Origin: Octopus sinensis
Lineage: Eukaryota
Reading direction: 5' to 3'
NCBI RefSeq assembly: GCF_006345805.1
Contig: NC_043013.1
Location: 53,320,001 to 53,384,000 of the forward strand
DNA: 64,000 nt
A program made the translations under genes and the position numbers. Positions 27,877 through 40,829 of the stretch are shown piece by piece (within the stretch, counting starts at the first letter, position 1; each line of letters begins with the position of its first letter). Below the pieces are notes generated by a model, which was not told the DNA's origin, searched no databases, and was given only the letters and a program-made list of their open reading frames with translations.

Positions 27877-28002
27877 ATTTATTATATAGAAGGAGCTTCT
27901 ACAGGACTAGTACTGTTTCATTCAAGAGAAATCTTCAGGAATCTTCCTGAAGATTTCTCTTGAATGAAACAGTACTAGTCCTGTAGAAGCTCCTTCTATA
28001 TA

Positions 28003-28008
<6 letters not shown>
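27877..28008. repeat. Perfect hairpin, 65-bp arms and 2-nt loop, with an HHR core in each arm
   Basis: 27877-27941 is the reverse complement of 27944-28008. The arm reads CTGAAGA-tttctcttgaat-GAAAC-agtacta-GTC. Confidence 0.85.
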
Positions 28009-28046
<38 letters not shown>

Positions 28047-28852
28047 TATATATATATTACATGTGTGTAAGTGTATGTATGTGTGTGTGTGTGTGTGTAA
28101 AATATAATAAAGTAAAATAAAAAGATGCAGAATTCATCTAACCAGGAGCAAAAACAGATGCGAAAAAGCAAGCATCCAAGCAATATTTCCATAAAACTAA
28201 GATTGAATCAGATTTTTAGTAGGCGACACAGCGATCGCTGTCTTGCAGAAAATAAAGAAACTGGTCCCTGTTGATTCGCTTCTTGAATGTAGATAAAAAT
28301 TAGAATTAAACGCAAAACAGAGCAAAAAATTGGAAACCATATATTTACTTTTCTCGTGGTACGAGACATTCTTCTCTCAATCAAAAAGTTATATGCGGGC
28401 CTACGTGTGTATTTGCCTGTGTGTGTGTCTGTCTAAGTGTGTGTGTTTGTGAATCTGTGCGTGTGTGTGTGTGCATGTGTGCATGTGCGTGTGTGCGTGT
28501 CTGTGCGCGCATGTCTGTGTGTATGACGTAGATATCTCAGCACGTACGATTTATAACCAGCGCGCCATTTAGTATTGCGCTATTTTCTCTCTTCTTGGAA
28601 CAGTCATACATATGCGTGTATATACATAGTATATACATAAGCAAGTATATATATATATATCTAATGTAGGATAACATCTTTTCGAAAAAATATTATACTA
28701 CATTAGATATATATATTTATATTTGTACATATATATATATATAGCGTGCATACTGGAAAGAAATTATATGGTAAATGGACAATATGTCCAATTTTCGGCA
28801 TATTTGGCATTAGAAATTTTTTCGTTTCCCCTTCTTTATATGTTGTCTATAT

Positions 28853-28915
<63 letters not shown>

Positions 28916-29241
28916 TATATATATTTATACTTATATATATATATACATATGCAAAGAAGTATATATAATATACATATACATATATATATATATGTACTTA
29001 TGTATATACATATGCAGAGAAGTATATAAATAAAATATATTACAAAATATATTACATATATATATAAGTGTGGGTGTGGGTGTATTTATATGTATATATA
29101 GTTTATATATATATGTGTGTATATATCTGTGTATATATATATACGTATATATGTATACATACACACACACACTTATATATATATATATATAAATGTTAGT
29201 CGAAAAAATCTCATCATTATGAGAATCTATTTATTTGATAA

Positions 29242-29440
29242 ACTGGCAGAATCATTTCCAGGCCGTACGAAATGCTTATCTGCCTTTCTTCCGACTTCAC
29301 TTTCTCAGCCTAATTACCGGCGTAGTCAGCTTTGCATTTCATGAATTTAGGGTCGATAAAAAATAAACTAACACCCAAGCACGGGAATTGATTAAATTAA
29401 GAAGCAGCTTTCCCACAAAATTTGCGCTTCAAGTCCTGTC
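29242..29440 (+). mobile_element. Diverged Meta-domain SINE
   Basis: actggcagaatcatt...cgaaatgctta...ctttgcatttcat...ggggtcgataaa-like sequence. Confidence 0.5.
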
Positions 29441-29668
29441 CCCAGAGCAGCAAGGATTACAACCATTATTATTGTCATTGTTAAATGCATACAATGTTGA
29501 CTTTGCGCATCTGTATTTCCTGGTCTTCATTTCACCTTAATGGTGTAATATGAACAAAAAAAGCCATATTCCCAAACTCTTCTTTCCCCTAAATAAATGC
29601 CACCAAATGTCAAGAAATCCATGTGTATGAGCATGTGTCTCTGTTTGTTTGTGCATGTGTGTGTGTAT

Positions 29669-29723
<55 letters not shown>

Positions 29724-29741
29724 CATGCATATATTACATAT

Positions 29742-29788
<47 letters not shown>

Positions 29789-30178
29789 TACACATATATG
29801 TATTATATATATATATGTATATGTATATATATATATATGATGGATTATGAATATATATGTATGTATTTGTATATATGCATATATATGCTTATATATATAT
29901 ATACAGAATCACGCGCGTCTACACACGCACGAACACGTGTACACATACGCACTCACGCACTCATATATATATATAGTTAGGCATGTACATATATGTATAC
30001 ATATATGTATTTATGCATTCATGTTTGATGGTGTTTGCGTGTGTTGATTCCAAGAATTTTATAAATCATTCGATAACAACCAAGATTTCTTGGACATTTC
30101 AAAGGATTATTAAACTAAACCTACATAAATATTGTTTCGATTCAATAAATCACTCTTTTTAAAAAGCAAACATACACA

Positions 30179-30283
<105 letters not shown>

Positions 30284-31749
30284 CCTACATAACTACTTAC
30301 CAACATATAAATACACACGTGCGTGCACACATACATTTATATACATAAACATATATATACATATTTATATACATACATTTATATCTATATCTAACTATAG
30401 TTCTATATATCTATATATATATAGATGTATGTATATATATATTTGAATAAATATAAATAAATATATGTGTGTGTGTTTGTGCATTTGTGTGTATACATAT
30501 ATTATATACATGTATATCCAAAACAAAATCTTTCTCCTCATCCACTTATCTATTTACGTTTAAAATATATTTGTTCTTTACATTAAATTAATACATCTAT
30601 TTATTAATATTTCATTAATAAATGCTTTGGGAAAATCTGATATTAAAATAAAGCATAATGCCTAACGTTTTAAATATTAAAACCTGCTAGCAGTTTATAA
30701 AGCTATCCGATTATACAGAGTTTTTTTAGCAAACATCTTATTGCTAAAATATGTTGGCCATTTAGCATTTAAACGATAATTCTGGATTAAATTTGATATT
30801 AAATATTGAATATTACTATCTGAAAAGAAAGATATCTGAGAATCATAGCGTATATGTTATGAAGAATGTATTTAAATGGATATTTTTCCTTCTAACTTCA
30901 ATCGTATGTTCGCTATTTCCGCTAACCAAGCATGCTCTTAAAGAGATGTTATCACACATCATCCTCTTTAATCTGCCGTATAAAGGTGTCATCTACACGC
31001 ACACACACACACATACACACATACACACATACACAACACACACACACACACACCACACAAACAGACACACACATACACACAAATAGCAACACACATACAT
31101 TAGACGTGTGATACTAGATGTGTCTAACTTGTATGATTAATGACCTAGATAATATTTTGAAATGCTAACACACTTTGTTCCTTCAACATCAAGACAAATC
31201 CATTAGAATTAAAATATACATACATATGATGCGTATATATATATATATATATATACACATACATACATACATACATACATACATACATACATACATACAT
31301 ACATACATACATACATACGCGATATGCTTTTAAGAGAAAACAATATTTAAAACAAACCATTTTCTCACAAGTCTTGTAACTTCTGTTGAACATTTATGAT
31401 GATCTCACATCTACCTTCACATGAATACATCCCGAATATAGACTTTATCGAACAATTACTGCTGAAATCTAATAGCTCCTAATGCCCACCAAAATGGCGT
31501 CTTTTTCAATTCTTTCAAACGAACCAGTTGATAGATGCAAACAATTTAGACGTTAGAAAAATGTGTCATCGAACCGAGTAAATGTTTTACCCATTAACGA
31601 GCTGCGCCTTCTGTCTCTATATCACATTGTGTAATGTTTTTTAATACGTCATAATCATCTGAAATGAAATTTCGGAGGAAGAATATGTTTATGTGTTGAC
31701 CGTCTACCGTTAATTCATTTCTTTTATTTAAGACTGATAGCGAGTGCAA

Positions 31750-32650
31750 TGATGTGAAATATCCTTGTAACTGACGTCTCGCCGTACTTATCTTATCTTA
31801 ACTGTGTCTTACATAAAACGGTTCATATTATATTGATGGTTGCCTCCGAAGTCTCTAATCATAATTTGATAGCATTGAACTCATCTCCATGTGACGATGA
31901 TAGAATGGGCTGATGTATTGGCTCAGCCGTATTTTGTACGATTATTATGTGAGGTCAGTTCAGTTTCTTCTGCATTTAATAATGATTGCTCTGTCTATAA
32001 TGCATGTCTGTCGGAATTTGGCTTTCAGGAATCAAAGCTACATATTTCGGTGGTTACATATCTGTTTAGTTCAATATATTGTTACTTCGAGAATCTTAAT
32101 GCTAGGAGACAATTTTTACGTGTTCTTCTTTCTGTTTTATAATGTTTTTAAACAGCTGCTGTAATTCGTGGACATTCGTGAAATATCGTCTGGTGAGCAT
32201 GAGAAGGTTATTTACGTAGGGATTACGAGATCTAACATTTCTATTCTAAGTATAATGAGAACGGTTCCTAAATCATATTAGCAGGTATTTGATTATATAC
32301 TGATATCAGCTGCGCGATGGAACCTCATTGTAGTACATTTGTGGATCTATTAGATTGCATTGATCATATTGCTAATGGTTATTTTTACATGCTTCACGAC
32401 ATTCGGTGGGTGGTTGAAGAGACTATGCATATACAGTGTTTCCTATGGCGATTCTTAAACAGCTCTTACGTTTACGATTTCACTTTAATGATGACACAAG
32501 GAATTTACCTTTGTAAGATTCGCTTAGATTGTCACCTTCAGGCGTAAATTGTTAGCTGTGGTAATTATTGGTTTCTTTCTATCTTCAGCTGTGCGTTCAG
32601 TCAGGTTGTTTAAACTCTTGGAACCCTTCATCACTGTACATTACATTTTA
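31750..32650 (-). pseudogene. Possible highly decayed Penelope-like RT
   Basis: The minus strand gives ordered remnants of the PLE RT motifs (nV.eLF.N.PI.ET, CTT.EVP, YVnn for YVDD, FDS..PDR...RAII) across many frameshifts. Confidence 0.3.
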
Positions 32651-32798
32651 TTTCCTTTAATCCCACTGACGTCTACCATTCAGCTGAAACCGAAATTATT
32701 ATGAAGCCCTAGTCCGGAATACAAATCCAGATCTATTTTATCATATATATAAATACATACATATCAGACTATACACACTCCGAATAGATCCTAATTGG

Positions 32799-32869
<71 letters not shown>

Positions 32870-32936
32870 GCACGTCTGTGTGTAATTGTTTGTGTATACA
32901 TATGTATATATATATATATGTATTTGTATGAACAAA

Positions 32937-33016
<80 letters not shown>

Positions 33017-33107
33017 TATATATAATTATTTTATTTTATTTAATAGGGAATAAAAATTCCGGCATCACACGGTTTCCAGTTATTCTCAATGAGGAACTAT
33101 ATATGTT

Positions 33108-33238
33108 ATTTAGAGATAGTAGTCCCCATCAGGCCCCAAAATAACTTTATCATAGTTCTATACCAAATACTATAGAACTATAGTATTGGTATAGAACTAT
33201 GATAAAGTTATTTATGAGGGGGACTACTATCTCTAAAT
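33108..33238. repeat. Imperfect fold-back inverted repeat between (TA)n tracts
   Basis: atttagagatagtagtcccc...aataactttatcatagttctatacca pairs with tggtatagaactatgataaagttatt...ggggactactatctctaaat. Confidence 0.8.
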
Positions 33239-34970
33239 ATATATATATAGGGAGAGCTTACGAAAAAGACAAAGACAGGTGGTGTACAAAACAAACAGAT
33301 GTATTAGTATAACTCTCAGAAATAGAAAAAGTCTTTTACGTTTCGAGCCTACGCTCTTCCACTGAAAGGGACACAGAAAAAACAAGGAGAGAAACAAGGA
33401 GAGAAAAAAATGTATGTAGTGGCTAACGATGTATCACATATATATATATATATATATGTACACATGTTTATATATGTATATGTTTATATGTATATCTCTG
33501 TGTGCTTTTGAGTGAGAGTGTGTATATCTGTGCATATTTAAGTGTTTCTTGAAGCATTATTTTGCCGTTGACTTTGGGCAGGAGCCCCTTTTTATTTGAA
33601 CTCATAAATATTTACTTGATAATGTTCAGCTTTCTTTTCCAAATTCTATTTTCCCTATCTCCATACTCGGCGACATTCTACATTATTAGATCAACAACGA
33701 TTTCAGAGTAAGACAGCTCGTCAATAATTTGTGTATGATAGCAAGACATGCAATTGGTTTGGATGAATTTCAGCAAAGAAACTCTCTCGCTGCTGTTGTT
33801 TTTATTTATTGTTTATATTTACTTTACTCCCGGAAGATAATTCTGCGTGACATTGCTGTGATTACTGCGTGGCAAGACTGTAATTGAATATATCATAAAG
33901 AATTATGACTTAACGAAAATGTGATTTACAATAGGACGAGTGTTTAGGGACTTCTTTTACAAGCTATCTTCCTCTTTCTTTCGCCTTTCTTCTTTTCTCT
34001 ATCTCTTTCAATAGTCTTGCACACCTAGCTATATATACATAGGTAATGTGAGGAAATATATCTCGCTATGGTGAGCATGGTGAGCAAATATAATTAATTT
34101 TGTTTTTAAATCCTCAGCGTCAGGCAAGCAGTTTCTTGGTGACTGAACGAAACAAATCGTCAATTTAAGACTCCTACGGAAATAAAGGGTTCTGTGTAGT
34201 TGTACCATTAAAAGAATGATCTATAAAATGTCCTTATTTCTAAATAGATTTGTATTAATAAAATTTTGTTTGGATTCTTCGTGGTAATATATGTAAGTAA
34301 TGTTTCTTTGCAGTGCTTTCCGCCTGTTAAAGGTTTCGCATGTTCAGGTACATGAGCTTACCAAAATATTTCAATTTGATCGGACACTGCCAAGATCTAC
34401 TGATAAATGTCCGCACCAAACAAACATCTTGTGGAGGATGACTTTCTGTGCAAATAGACGAAGTTATAACTGGGATCCATTCTTGTCTTCATGCATGGTA
34501 TCTCATAGACACGCTGCCAAAATTTGTTCGTAAAAATTTTCGAAAATGACAGGAATTCTGTATGATAGCTTTTAAAGTTCTCGTTCTCTCTCTCTCCCTC
34601 TCTCGCTTCTTTTATCACCCTCTCTTTCTTTCTTTTTTCTTTCTTTCTTTCTTTCTGTCTCTGTCGATTCACCGATTCGTACACATCTACACACATATTT
34701 TTATGTGTATGTTTATATTTTATTTTAAGTTATTTGATTTCACAGAGATCTTCTCATAACCAACACACACTGGATTAACAAGAAGGGAGCAGTCGTTATT
34801 TATTTATTCTTTTATTTGTGCAATATTCCTCTCTAGCAGAATCTCAGATTGTATAGGGGCCATTAATGGAGTCAACTTGCAGGAGGTATCTACGATGTGA
34901 GCGCTTAACTTTTTCCTTGCAATGTAGTTTTAATGCCAAGAAATTTCTGACACTATAGGTACTTTCTCAG

Positions 34971-35017
<47 letters not shown>

Positions 35018-35581
35018 TACAATATAATCAGCATCAATTCCTGATATAATTAGGTTCATATATCTATACTGAGGTTCCTCATACCTTGTCGCCATACAAG
35101 GAAGAAAATCTCTATAAATGGAGAGATTATGATGCTTCTTTGAAATTCCTTTGTGCCTTCAGCGTTCGTGCTTCGCATGTGAAGTTTTGACATCTCAAGT
35201 ATGGTTGAAATCACAAAGAGTATTTCTAATGGATGGTATACACCTAGATAAAATGTCTTCGTAGAAGATCCCTAGGAATTACTTGTTCACGTACTGAAAG
35301 TGTAAATTGTATGATAACATGTTAAATGGGGTGAGCAGGGAATATTAATTAATTTTCGGCACGCAGAGGAAAGAAAAATGTTATTTTAATTATTATTTCT
35401 GGTGAAAGGAGGCAAAAGGATTAAACTAAATTTAAATAATAATCTTAACTAAAATTAGAATATTAGCATACAGATTTAGGTGTAAGGTGATAAATGGGAG
35501 CGTCTTTCTTTATTGTGAGACTTCATCAGCGAAAGATTCCCTCACCAGTAAAATCAGATCTTACATGATAACTGTCTGCAC

Positions 35582-35619
<38 letters not shown>

Positions 35620-35867
35620 CTGTGTGTATATGTGTATGTTAGACTTCACCTTGCTTCTCTCATGGACAATTATATTTAGGATGTTCGCGAGTTGGAAGTT
35701 CCCAAAATCTTGTCATTTATACACCAATTAAAAGACCTACTGGAAACATCGTCTATTTAGAAGATCTAGATAATTAAACTGTGATTCATTTCCGGATTTG
35801 TTTTAATACATTTGTTTATACACACGTCATCTGAAAGAATTTTTGCTAAATGTACTTATCAACAAGA

Positions 35868-36184
35868 AGGACGCGCCCGGAAAGACGCGCCCGGGAGGAC
35901 GCGCCCGGAAGGGCGGTTCTTCGCAAATTTATACATTTTCAGGTTCAACGTGTTTCGAATAAGTACTGACAATTGAAGGTGATTGCAGACAAAGAACTAC
36001 CTGGTTTTTAAACAATTTTAACGGCGAAAACACTGGATAAAACATTTTATTAACATTAGTAGTTTGTAGCTCGGCTAAATTCTGTTGAGAACTACATGAT
36101 CCATCTTTCATTTTACTTAGGGACTTAAAGGCATATTTAAATTTCATTACCTTCTTTAACTCGGGCAACGCCTGGTATTTATGC

Positions 36185-36188
<4 letters not shown>
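35868..36188 (+). mobile_element. Possible Helitron 3' portion with a GC-rich triple repeat
   Basis: (gacgcgcccgg)x3 at 35870-35908. A terminal cgggcaacgcctgg hairpin followed by tgctac resembles a Helitron hairpin plus CTRR end. Confidence 0.35.
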
Positions 36189-36267
<79 letters not shown>

Positions 36268-36281
36268 GGTATGTAGGTAGG

Positions 36282-36318
<37 letters not shown>

Positions 36319-36332
36319 TGATAGATAGAAAG

Positions 36333-36363
<31 letters not shown>

Positions 36364-37508
36364 GAAAGATAGATGGATAGATATGCATGTGTATATATAT
36401 TGTTGTATTTCGGGACGGTCAATTTTCAAAATAAACATACGCACTATATAGTCATTCTTTATTCGTTTATTACTGTTCTTATTATAACCCATGTTGACTC
36501 TTTGGAAATCCCTTGTCACACATCTGGGACCTCCTCAGCGACACTGTCCGTGTTCGTGTGTACTCTTGCTCCTCTTATTCCATTCTGTTTTCATGTGTAT
36601 CCTTATATGCGCATGCGTAAGTGTGTGTTTGTGTGTGTGTGTACATGTGTGTGTGTTTCAGTGTTCTTCGTAGGACTATGACCCTCCCCTCTGCCCCATC
36701 CCCCACCACGTTTCCACAGCTGCTGCCCTTGAAACTGACTTTTGGTACCGGTCTTGTAACTCAGCATGTTTGTGTGTTCGCCCACTCGCTTGCCATACTT
36801 ATTGTTGTCGTTGTTGTTGTTGTTGTGGTGGTGGTGGTGGTTGCCATTCTTGTTACCGCTGTTGCTGTTGTTGTTAGACGCCTGTAAAATTACCGCATGT
36901 GTGTTTGTGTGTATATATGGGTTCGCTTCCGATGTTGTTTTTCTCTCTATTTTTTTTATATTTATCATATTGTAGGTATGTGCATATATGTCTATTGCAT
37001 GTATATTACGCTGTTTCTATCCGTTTTTTTTTAATGTATTGTTCTTCCTTCAATCTTTAGTCGTCATGCTGTGTGGTTTGGTGGTGGATGTTATTGTTCC
37101 ATTCACATTTTCTGTTAAGGATCGGTCTGTTTGTTGCTATGTGTGTTGTCTCTGTGATCTAAGTGCCGTGTCAATTCTATGCTTAGATTATACTTTGACC
37201 TCTATGCTATTCACTGAGCCTCTATGTTCTGCTTGAGCATGTTGCTAGGGCACTGACGAGCATTTCTCTTCTTTGAGCTCTCACCAATGTACATCTATAC
37301 GCTCTACTATGCCGCGTGCTGTCTCTCCAATGTAAGTAGTTGCCATGATTCTGCATTATTCCTCAATCAGCACAAGACTTTAAACATTGTTCGACTAAAT
37401 CACTTCAACGTAGTGCCCCAGCATGGACACAGTCCAATGATGGGAGTAAATAAAAGGTAAAACATAAGTCAATTAAAAGCAATTGACAGAAATATTTTGC
37501 CAATGTAA

Positions 37509-37646
37509 GCGCAGGGGTGGCTGTGTGGTAAGAAGCTTGCTTCCTAACCACCTGCTTTCAGGTTCAATCTCACTGTGGGGCAGCTTCGGTAATTGTCTTC
37601 TACTATAGTCCCATGGTGACCAAAGCTTTCTGAAATAAGTGCATTG

Positions 37647-37703
<57 letters not shown>

Positions 37704-37970
37704 TTGTGTATGTGTGTGTGTGTGTGTGTGTGTTTGTTTGTGTGTGTGTGTGCATGTGTGTGTGTCCTTGTGTCTTAGTTTATCCCCACACCACCGCTTG
37801 ACAACCCGTTTTATGTTTACGTCCCCATAACTTAGCGGTTCGGCAAAAGAAAAACGGGCTTTAACAAATAATAAGAGCTAGAGTTGATTTGTTCGACTAC
37901 ATTTCTTAAAGCCGGTGCCCCAGCATGGTCGCTGTTTCGTTGCTGACAAAACGGTAAACGAAGCAAAAAC
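37509..37970 (+). mobile_element. tRNA-derived SINE with internal (TG)n
   Basis: gcaggggtggctgtgtggtaagaagcttgcttcc...ggttcaatc head; tail tttacgtcccc.taacttagcggttcggcaaaaga...ggtgccccagcatgg. Confidence 0.65.
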
Positions 37971-39741
37971 AAATATTGAAGGTACCAATTCGCAGACACT
38001 TGTCTCTGAACACTAAAATCTTTGTGATTATGGAAGAACCGCTCAGTAACTTTAAATAAGCCAGTTGTCACACGAGGAGTGGATGTGTGGATGGTGTATT
38101 TGGTGGGGAAGAAAACAAAATAAAATTGGTCATTAGTAACAAGTGGCCACATGGTCAAGGCGGTAACAGGTGCGTTTCTTTGATGTCTAAATTTATCGGC
38201 GTTGCATGTCATTAATTTCTATAGCATCAAAGTAACTTCCGGAAGGCGACCCTTTAATCAGTCTACACTTTTATGGACCCTTGTGGTTTTCAGGGATCTT
38301 GATTAATGTACGTAGTACTTCCTAAATTGGTCATTATAGAGTGCTAATAAATAGTATTTCGGTGGCACCTTTCGTTCAGGAAGTATTTTACATTTACATA
38401 AAAAATAAAGAATTTTTGTAGTTTTAACTTTACGGACGTTTACTACTCAGCTGTAACTGTTTTATTAAGAGGTTGCAGATTGCGAGGTAAAAGTGACACA
38501 CACGCTTTGGAAACTGTTGTGTTTTGCGTGTGTGTGTGTGTGTGTGTGTGTGCGTGAGTGTGTGCTTGTGGGTGTGTGCTCGTTTGTGAATGTGATTGTG
38601 TGCTTGTGTGTGTGTATGCTTGTGAATGTGTGTGTTTGTTAATTTTTAAGTGTGTGCTTGTGTGTGTGTGTATGTTTGTGAATGTGTGTGTACTTGTGTG
38701 TATGAGTTTGTGTTAGTGTGTGTGTGTGTGTTTGTGCGTCTGTGTGTGCGTCTGTGTGTGTGTGTGTATGTGTGAGAAATCCCTAATATTGTAAATGGCG
38801 GCAGACAAAAACATGGTATATGGAACATTTACATTTGACTGGATGTCCGTCAGTTTGCGTTATGGTCGCAACGAGTATTTTTTCAAGGTAGATATTTCTT
38901 CGATGTCAGTTTACTCAAACCTGTTATCACAGAACCATCTGCTGAAACAAAAGCTGCTTGCACCCCCCCCCCCGCTTAAGTCGTTGTTGAGTTGACTTTC
39001 ATTATTCATTTAACAAATTTCATCTAATCACGAACGCATTCACTGACTAATGAAAGTACGAGCCTCTGTCATTCACGGACGTTTCCGAAAGTGTAATTGC
39101 TGGTCAGGGATGGTGAAGGAGGGAGGTCTGGCACGAGAAAGAGAAACGAATAAACAAACGGAGTTGCAAACCCTTTTTGGAGAGAACATCTGGCTCCATA
39201 ACATTCTCTTCCAGTGAAGGCAGTAGTTAGAATTACCATCAAACGATCAGTTGAGGCTATTCTAAGTGGAATATCCAGTTATGGAACCGACATATTTGTT
39301 ATCTTAAACATTGATTTGGATCCATCGATAACTGGAACCGCCTTCACAGTTCGTGAAAGGGTTTTAGGCCTTAATTTTGAAGTTAACAACATAATGGTTA
39401 CTTGCTGTTAATTACTATAATGACATATTAGTTATAATATGACATATTAGTTATAATATGTTATAATAATATGACATATTAGTTATAATAATTATCTAAA
39501 GACTAAATCAATACAAATAAGGTGGGATATCAAATATGAAATAGTTTTCTTTCTTTCACCTGACGTATGTATAACTGATATTTTCCATCAACGTCAACGT
39601 CATCCTTGATTAATCAGAGATGGTTGAGTACTAGGGTCGAAGTGATCGACTGTCCCCTCCCGACTAAATCCAGGCCTTGTGCCTATAGTAGAAACCATTC
39701 TTCTTCTTCTTCTTCTTCTCCTTCTTCTTCTTCTTCTTCTT

Positions 39742-39834
<93 letters not shown>

Positions 39835-39837
<3 letters not shown>

Positions 39838-40177
39838 TAGTTTTATTTTTATAGCGTGCTTTCACTTCACTACCGAGTGCAGCTCTGTGTGCCTTGGGTA
39901 TGTGCTGTGATTTGTTGTGATGCTCTGATGGTTATTGTATGGAAAGTGTTCTGCGTAGGATGTGTGCAGTGCCTAGTAGTACAATTTTCTGTATGTTATA
40001 TGTGTTTGTAAGTCCTGGTGTTTTTGTTATGTATTTGTCTGAATATTTTTTTATCATGCCTAATGCACCTACTATGATAGGAATTGTTTCCGTTTTCAGG
40101 TTCCACATTCTAGTTATCTCTATTTCCAGGTCTTTGTATTTTGAGAGTTTCTCCATTTCTTTTAGAGACACGTTGTC
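39835..40177 (-). mobile_element. Short 5'-truncated copy of the Dong-like element at 2103-3843
   Basis: Near-identical reverse complement of about 3494-3843 (SLKEMEKLSKYKDLEIE...TLSIQ* plus 3' UTR), with (TTA)n on both sides. Confidence 0.92.
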
Positions 40178-40211
40178 TCTATTTATTATTATTATTATTT
40201 ATTATTTATTA

Positions 40212-40279
<68 letters not shown>

Positions 40280-40829
40280 GAGTGAGAGAGCAGTGCATGC
40301 CATCAAAGTGACACTGGGGTACAATATACGAAGCCCAATATACCCATCATGACTACCCGTCTGATAAGGGTACACCGGGCACATGCATCACAACCATATG
40401 TGCGCGACATGGTGATCTCATATCAAGATAAACAGCACATGACCTTGCAGGTGGGGCCCAGTTAGAATTTTCTTCAGGTTGAGTAGCCCATCCCGCTCAA
40501 AAGGTCCCTGAATAAGGGTTGTTTAAGGATGTTGAAAGAACCACCCATGTTTCCAGAGGTGAATTATTCAAACCCCAAAGAATCCCTCTCAACACATGGC
40601 TATGATGCTCCCCAACTACTTCTGCTCGTGATCAGAGATGCACATATCGTCAGCCACTAAGGGATATGCTCAACTGGTTATGGTCAAACAACTGACAAAC
40701 AAATCTGTGGTATTGAGCAGAATATTTGCTGTAGCCCATCTTTTATACCAAGACAAAACAATGATAACACTTCCAATTAGTTAAGATCAGAAGCCATGAG
40801 AGCCACTGCCTGGTACTGCATCAGGGCAT
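40280..40829. mobile_element. 550-bp non-coding insert bounded by (TTA)n
   Basis: Sharp boundaries with TTA tracts and higher GC than the surroundings. No recognisable ORF. Confidence 0.5.

Noticed and set aside
37250-37300. CTGACGA followed by GAGC...GCTC as a hammerhead
   Set aside because: No GAAA or NUH and no stem I pairing downstream.
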